From Heteronotia binoei (taxonomy: Eukaryota), in NCBI RefSeq assembly GCF_032191835.1, contig NC_083223.1:103168001-103232000 (forward strand): DNA of 64,000 nucleotides, given 5' to 3'. Numbering within the stretch: the first letter of the stretch is position 1; every line of letters starts with the position of its first letter. Of this stretch, positions 57,868 through 64,000 are shown piece by piece. The notes under the pieces are model-generated. The model made no database searches, was not told where the DNA came from, and worked only from the letters and a program-made list of their open reading frames with translations. The position numbers and the translations under genes were made by a program.

Positions 57868-58085
57868 GGCCCTGACCTGGGTAGTTCAGGATAGCCTGAT
57901 CTTGTTAGATCTCTGAAGTTTAGCAGGGTTGGCCCTGATCATTATTTGGTATGGAATTCCTCCAAGGAATACCAGGGTCATGATGCGGAGGCAGGCAAGT
58001 GACCTCTGAATGTCTCTTGCTTTGAAAACCCCATGGGGTCATCATAATTCAGCTGTGACTTGATGGCACTTTCCACCATCATCAT
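57868..58085 (+). mobile_element. 5S rRNA-derived SINE (SINE3-type) with an RTE/BovB-like tail
   Basis: gcctgatcttgttagatctctgaagtttagcagggttggccctg..ggaataccaggg resembles 5S rRNA from the A box to the C box; tail ggggtcatcataattcagctgtgacttgatggcac. Confidence 0.75.
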
Positions 58086-59109
58086 AGAGGACAATTGTTT
58101 AAATTACTGGTTTTATTGATTTTATGTGTACCTTTTGTTGCACATTGCCTAGAGCCCAGCATTGGCTGGGATGAGGCAATTCATTATTAATAATAATAAT
58201 ATAGCCCTGGTTACTGGGAATACACATTTGTTGTCTTCTTTCTTGGATGTACTTGAAGTTTCTCAAAATTAAACTTAGGGGGTTTTATGTAGCGTAAGCA
58301 CGTTAGTAATACGTTGGGAGAAATGTCTCACAGCACATAGAATGTGATCAGTGTGTTTTACCTCTCAACACCATTTAAGATAAAAAGGACTCTAAGGCCA
58401 TTGGAATAAAGTATCCAAGCAGAAATCAAGTTGTTTCTTATGATTTCTCCTGAAGCATTCCTGAAAGATTACTGGTAAGCATTTCAAGTCTCAGAATATA
58501 AATGTAAAAACATACTTTCAATATCCATAGAGTGATATTTTATCGGCCAATGTGCTTGTTTGATTTCAGTTAAAAGACTTATTGTATTATTTACTATCTT
58601 AAGATTTCTTTGTTCAGTCATCCTTACTGGTTTCTACCTTTATGCACTGTGGAAAAAGATGCTCCAGAATGTATAACAAAGGCCAACTATGAATTTCTAA
58701 TTAAGTGAAAAAACAAGGAAAAACTGGAATGATGTTACAGAAATGGAATGCCAGTAGGGATTTTAGAATTTTTCTTTTTGTTTGCCGGGACAAATGAAAT
58801 TGGAGAAGTTCCAGTGCATCACAAAGCTTAGATGATTATCTGTAAAGCTACAATCCTAAACGCTCCTAGGAATTCCCCAGTGAATAAATTACGATTTACC
58901 ACTGAACAGACCTTCTTACAATTGCTCCATAACAGTCTTTATGGTGAAAAGAACAAGGAAAGCAGTGGCAATTATAGTTGATCACATACAATAGCAAAAT
59001 AATTTTAAGAGTATGCAAATGTACCATTAAAGACCCAGAAGCAGATATCAGAAGCAACTCAATAGTTAGAAGCCCGCCATAGTAGAGAAGAATTGAAGAA
59101 AGCTAGAAA

Positions 59110-59197
59110 CACTGTAGTCCTATGCAGAATTATACCAGTCTATGACTAGGGAAATCAATGGGTTTATATTGGAGTAACTCTGCATAGGCCTGCAGTG
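59110..59197. mobile_element. Old short palindromic MITE
   Basis: cactgtagtcctatgcagaattatacc...ggagtaactctgcataggcctgcagtg. Confidence 0.6.
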
Positions 59198-59984
59198 TAA
59201 GTCACAGAATGAAAAATGTTTTGCTCACATTTTCAAAACATAGCCAATTCTGGTGGTACCAACAAGCACAAACATGAATTGAGAAATCATTGAGAAAGTG
59301 GGGCATATTGTGAGATCCCATGAACCAAGAATACACCAAAGCTGACTGCAGGGGAGGAAAAATGATTATTATGGTTGTTTCTCATAAAGTGAAAGGAACA
59401 TTCTGAAATTAGTAAAAAACTGAGCCACCTTGTACTTTATTGGGTTTTGCCCAACCCTTTTGCAAAAATAACTTTGTTTATGGAATTTAAAAATTAGAAA
59501 TGCCTTATAAGCAAAATTGCAAATATACCCAATACTTGAGTGAGAACTGCAAGCTGATATAACTTACGCTATTTTAGCACATGTGCCCTTAATTTTTGCT
59601 ATCTGGTTAGAGAGAGCTAAGTTCTCAATGGAACCTTCAGTTTTCATCAAAGGATTTCATACAGTTTCTGCCCCACCTCCTTCTGATCTTTTCTCTCCCT
59701 TCTGCAAGGTCGAACAACAAGCTGCTTTTTATCCAGTCTGCCTGTGGATATATGTATCACAGTGGTTTGAGGAAGAGATGAAAAGGTCAACCACAACTCA
59801 GGTAAAAAAATATTACAGAAGGCATTCAATAGTTCAGAAGCAATGAAAGGTGTTCATGCTGGCTGCCCTCATGAAGATCAGGTGCAGGAATGCATCTTAG
59901 ATTTAGGTGCAGAACCAGATTCTAGGTACAGAAACACATCTTGGATTTAAGAGCTCGATATGTTGTTAGGTATGCCTACCTTGT

Positions 59985-62900
59985 TGTTATGTATGCGGAC
60001 CAAAGTGAAGACTGTATAGGGTTTTCCTGTCTGACTCACTGGAGCCATAAGAAGGGAGCTTGGGGACTTGGGAACAATGGGCAGAAGGATCCAAATCCCT
60101 GCTGCCTTGCAGCAATCATGAGCCCCCTGCTGGTTTGAATGACCCAATAACATGCTTGCACGGGAACCCTGAGTTGTATATAGTTGGCCCCATTGGCCCA
60201 GTTCCACAGTCTTGAAGTGCAGCCTACCTAATGCTGCGCTTTATGAAGAGTTGATGTTCAGTACTACCTTGCCTCTTCAATGCATCAAACTCACTATATT
60301 ATAGTGGCGACAAAGGTGGGATCCTGGTGAGCGGGCCCAGCAACTGGCATCCCACCCATTTCCAGCACCGCACCCTGCACTGCCACTGCTGCCGACGTGG
60401 CTGCTATGCCAGGAACGATTCCAGAGTTCAATGTGTCCAGCCCAGAGAGATAGCAGACATGGCTGGAATGCCTGGAGAAGTTCATCGAGTACAATGAGGT
60501 GACAGGTCAGAAAAAGAAGGCGCTGCTGCTCAGTTCATGCAGCATGAACACGCTGGAACTGGCGCAAGGCCTGATAGCACCCACCACACTCAAAGCCACC
60601 TCCTTTGAGGACATCACTGAGGCTTTAACGTCCCATTTCTCACCCCAACCGACGGATCCGGTGTGCCTCTTTGATTTCTCCAAGTGCCACCAGAAGCCCA
60701 ACAAGTCAGTGAATTAATTCATCGCCCCCTACACTGGTTGTTACTTTGCTGTGGGTTTGCCAACCTGGACGAGGTTCTGAGGAACCGGTTCATCTTTGGC
60801 CTGCAGGATGAGAAACTCCAGCGGAAGCTTCTGGGTAAGGACAACACCGACCTCACCAAGGCGATCAGGGAGGCGACGGTGTTCGAACAGTCAAGGAAGG
60901 AGCCACACACTCGTTCAACTTGGAGGATGCAGAAGTTGATGACACACTCAAGCTACAACCTGAGACTTTGAGGCCACCATGGGGCATGGAGGCTACACTG
61001 ACCCGAGAATGTGCCAGCTGTGGGGAGCACCACAAGCACTGTAACTGTAAATTCAGGGATGCCGTCTGCCATTAGTGTGGAAAAACAGGCCATCTGGCAC
61101 GCATGTACCACTCCAAATCAGCATGCCAAGCCCCAGGAATTGCCAACCAGTGGAAAGATAGCTGCCACCATGAGGTCAGCCTCGTAGAACAATTCCATGC
61201 ACTCACTGAAGTGGGAAAACAGGTATGCCAGCTTCCCATGCCCTCCCCAGAAAAATTCAAAATAATTGTGTTTATTGAGGGAAAGCCCTGCAAAATGGAG
61301 GTGGACTCTGGGGCCGAGCAAACAGTCATCTTGGCCAAGACTCTCCATAAACTGTGTCTGGGGGCACAACTGCAACCCTCCCCATTCATTATCAGGGATT
61401 TCCAGAAGTGGGAGGTTGCCATACTGGGGGTGGGAAATTTCCATGTGAAATATGGGCAGTTCTCTGGAAAGCTACCCCTAATCGTAGTGCAGGGGAACCT
61501 GTGTAGCTTATTAGGCTGGTCATGGTTTGAGGCCTTGGGGATCTGGGTGACGGGGATACATCAGGCGCCCTTGCGCAGGGACTTCCAGCACATCTGCGGA
61601 GAATTTCCTGCAGTGTTTGATGGTACCCTGGGAACGTATACCGGACCCCCTGTGGCCTTGCAATTTAACCCTAATGTGCAGCCCATAAGGCTGAAGGCCC
61701 AGCAGGTTCCCCTGGTTCTGAGACCTAAGACTGAGGAGGAGCTAGACCGCCTCATGGGGCAAGGCGTGTTACAGCCAATCACTAATGCTAAATGGAAGAC
61801 CCCTATCATCACCCCAGTGAAGCCTGATGGCAGCGTCCACATCTGTGCAGACCATAAATGCACAATAAACAAGGTGCTGCAGGGCCATGCATATCCAATC
61901 CCAGTGGTCAGTCACGTGCTGGCATCCCTTGTGGGCACCAAGATTTTCTGCAAGCTGGATCTGGCCCAGGCATATCAGCAGCTTCTGGTATATGCCACTG
62001 CAGCAGAAGCCTAAACCATTGTGACCCACTGGGTGCTTTTCGGGTCAGGTGCCTTCAGTTTGGGCCCCAGGGATATTCCAGAACTTAATGGATTTTTTGT
62101 TAAAAGGTTTCCCCAGGGTCCAGACGTTCTTTGACGATGTGCTGATAGCTGCAGCCACCAAATAAGAGTTTGCTTTCCACCTCTGGGCAGTGCTCCAGCA
62201 TTTTGATGGGGTGGGACTGAAAGTAAAAAGGGAGAAGTGTGTACTAGGGGTCCCTATGATAGACTTTCTGGGCTACATGGTGGATATGAGTGGAATCCAC
62301 CCAGCACAGGACAAAATCAAAGCCATCTGTGATGCGCCAGCCCCCACCAACAAGACTGAGTTACAAGCATTCCTCGACCTCCTAAATTTTTACCATGCTC
62401 TCCTCCCTCACAAGGCGGCAGTAGCAGAGCCCCTGCATAAGCTTCTGAATAAACAGGCTCAGTGGGTTTAAGGTCACTGGCAAGCTGCCGCTTTTCAGGT
62501 GGTCAAGGACATTTTAACTTCAAACAGCTTGTTAGCGCATTTTGACAAGTGGCTGCTACCATCAAAGGACCCCGATCCGGCCCCGGCACACCAGATTATG
62601 CTTCATGACTCTCTACCTGACCACCTGGTGCATACCAAAGACATTGCTTGATGTTCTGCAAGAGACAAGATCCTCTCTCGGGTTTTGGACTGGTTGTGGA
62701 GGGGATGACCTATGGGCCAGGTGGACATGGAGTTTTCAGCGTTTGTGTCCCATTGGGATGAGTTTTCTGTGCACAAGGGATGTCTGTTGTGGGGGAGCAG
62801 GGTGGTGGTTCCCCCAATGCTGAGGCAGCGAGTCCTCACCACGCCGCACAAAACCCACCCAGAAATAGTTCGCATGAAGGTGCTGGCCTGCAGTTATGTA

Positions 62901-64000
62901 TAGTGGCCGGGAATAGATGAGGCTATTGAGTCTTGGGTTGCCCAATGCCAGCCATGCCAGGAAACACGTCTGGCTCTGCGCCAAGTGGGAGTCCACACCC
63001 AACCCCTGGTCCCACTTGCACTTAGACTTTGTGGGGCCCTTCCAGGTGCAAGTATTCTTCCTCATTGTAGACTACCACTTTAAATGGCTGGAGGTAGTCC
63101 CCATGTCATTCACCTCCTCTTGGGCTGCAATTGGCGCTCTCCTTAAGGTTTTTGCTACGCACAGCTTGCCTGACATGCTCGTTTCCAACTTGGAATGGCC
63201 TTCACGTTGAGTGAGTTTCAGGATTTTTGCAGGCGAAACCTAATCAAACACATTAGGTGAGCCCCCTTCCAGCCAGCCACCAACGGCCAAGCAGAGAGAA
63301 TGGTAAGATCCACAAAGGAGTCACTCCACCACATCATACATGGGGAATGGGAGGCTCGCTTCACAGAATGCCTACTGGCACAGCACACAATCCCCTGCAC
63401 TGGCTACAGCCCAGCAGAGCTACTAATGGGTTGGCGTCTGTCGATGCTCCTGGACTGGATGAACCCGACAGAGCCCCTGACTTGCAGGAGGTGCCGGAGG
63501 TAGTCCAAGCACCCCAAGTGTTCGATACGGGGGACTTGGTGTTTGCCAAAAACTTGGGGAGGGGCCAGCATGGATACTGGCCCAAGTTTCTAGAGTGTTG
63601 GGGTTTGTCATGTATGAGGTCACCACAGAGGGCACGTTCACGATGAGGCATCACATAGACCAACTAAGATAACGTGAGGCATCAGGAGACAAGATCAAGG
63701 AGGACAGCCCGAGTGACCAGCCTGCCGTTATGGGCCCCACGTACACCGAACTGGTGGAACCCGAGACCCTGGCACCCACTCTTCCATCTGAGCTGGAGGC
63801 CTCAGAGGCCTCAGAACAGCTGACTGAAAGCCCAGCATCGCCAGCCTCCCCGCTCGCCACACCTGAAGTTGTGACATCTCCACCGCCCACTTCAGCACTC
63901 AGGTGATTGATGCAGGAGCACCGTGAGCTTGCCTACTTAAAAGACTATGTGTGCTAAGGTTTGCAAATTATGCGGGGGTGGGATGTTATGTATGCAGACC
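59985..64000 (+). mobile_element. Ty3/Gypsy (Mag-like) LTR retrotransposon, near full length, pseudogenised
   Basis: 5' LTR 59985-60303 (TGTTATGTATGC...), PBS TGGCGAC at 60305, gag with two CCHC-like knuckles, protease VDSGA (61301-61315), RT (KLDLAQAYQQL, FFDDV at 62127-62141), integrase (HLDFVGPF, VDYHFKWLEV), PPT gcgggggtggga at 63972-63983, 3' LTR start TGTTATGTATGCAGACC at 63984. Confidence 0.93.

Noticed and set aside
57894-57977. 5S rRNA gene
   Set aside because: Diverged, missing the true 5' end and poly-T terminator, and fused to a retroposon tail; it is a SINE.
61103-62014. 303-aa ORF as a domesticated Gypsy-derived host gene
   Set aside because: It lies between paired LTRs with stops in flanking gag, RT and IN, and has substitutions in conserved RT motifs; no sign of selection.
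1-64000. CRISPR arrays or prokaryotic systems
   Set aside because: Vertebrate sequence; no regularly spaced repeat-spacer array.

Overview
Vertebrate genomic DNA, most likely a gecko (inferred from long Squam3-type SINEs, a Sauria SINE, BovB and abundant L2/hAT families). The only host gene is MARCKS on the + strand. It has two coding exons (41318-41416 and 43265-44014, 282 aa), a TATA-less CpG-island promoter, a long ATG-free 5'UTR and a conserved 3'UTR broken by two N gaps. It sits in a ~10 kb block almost free of transposons. The rest is a dense, nested set of mobile elements: an RTE LINE, an internally deleted BEL/Pao LTR element carrying a solo LTR, L2/CR1/BovB/RTE-X-like LINE fragments, tRNA- and 5S-derived SINEs, several hAT MITEs with 8-bp TSDs, a decayed Ngaro-type (DIRS) tyrosine-recombinase retrotransposon with an SGNH-hydrolase ORF, and a near full-length Mag-like Ty3/Gypsy element. 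The most striking signal is a series of Penelope-like fold-back insertions (about 120 bp to 1.8 kb) with 12-13 bp TSDs. They share a 31-43 nt one-sided tail, and several carry minimal hammerhead ribozyme motifs; two of these (10589-10628 and 15027-15067) have intact catalytic cores. Family names come from motif recognition, not database searches, and comparisons with other species are from memory.
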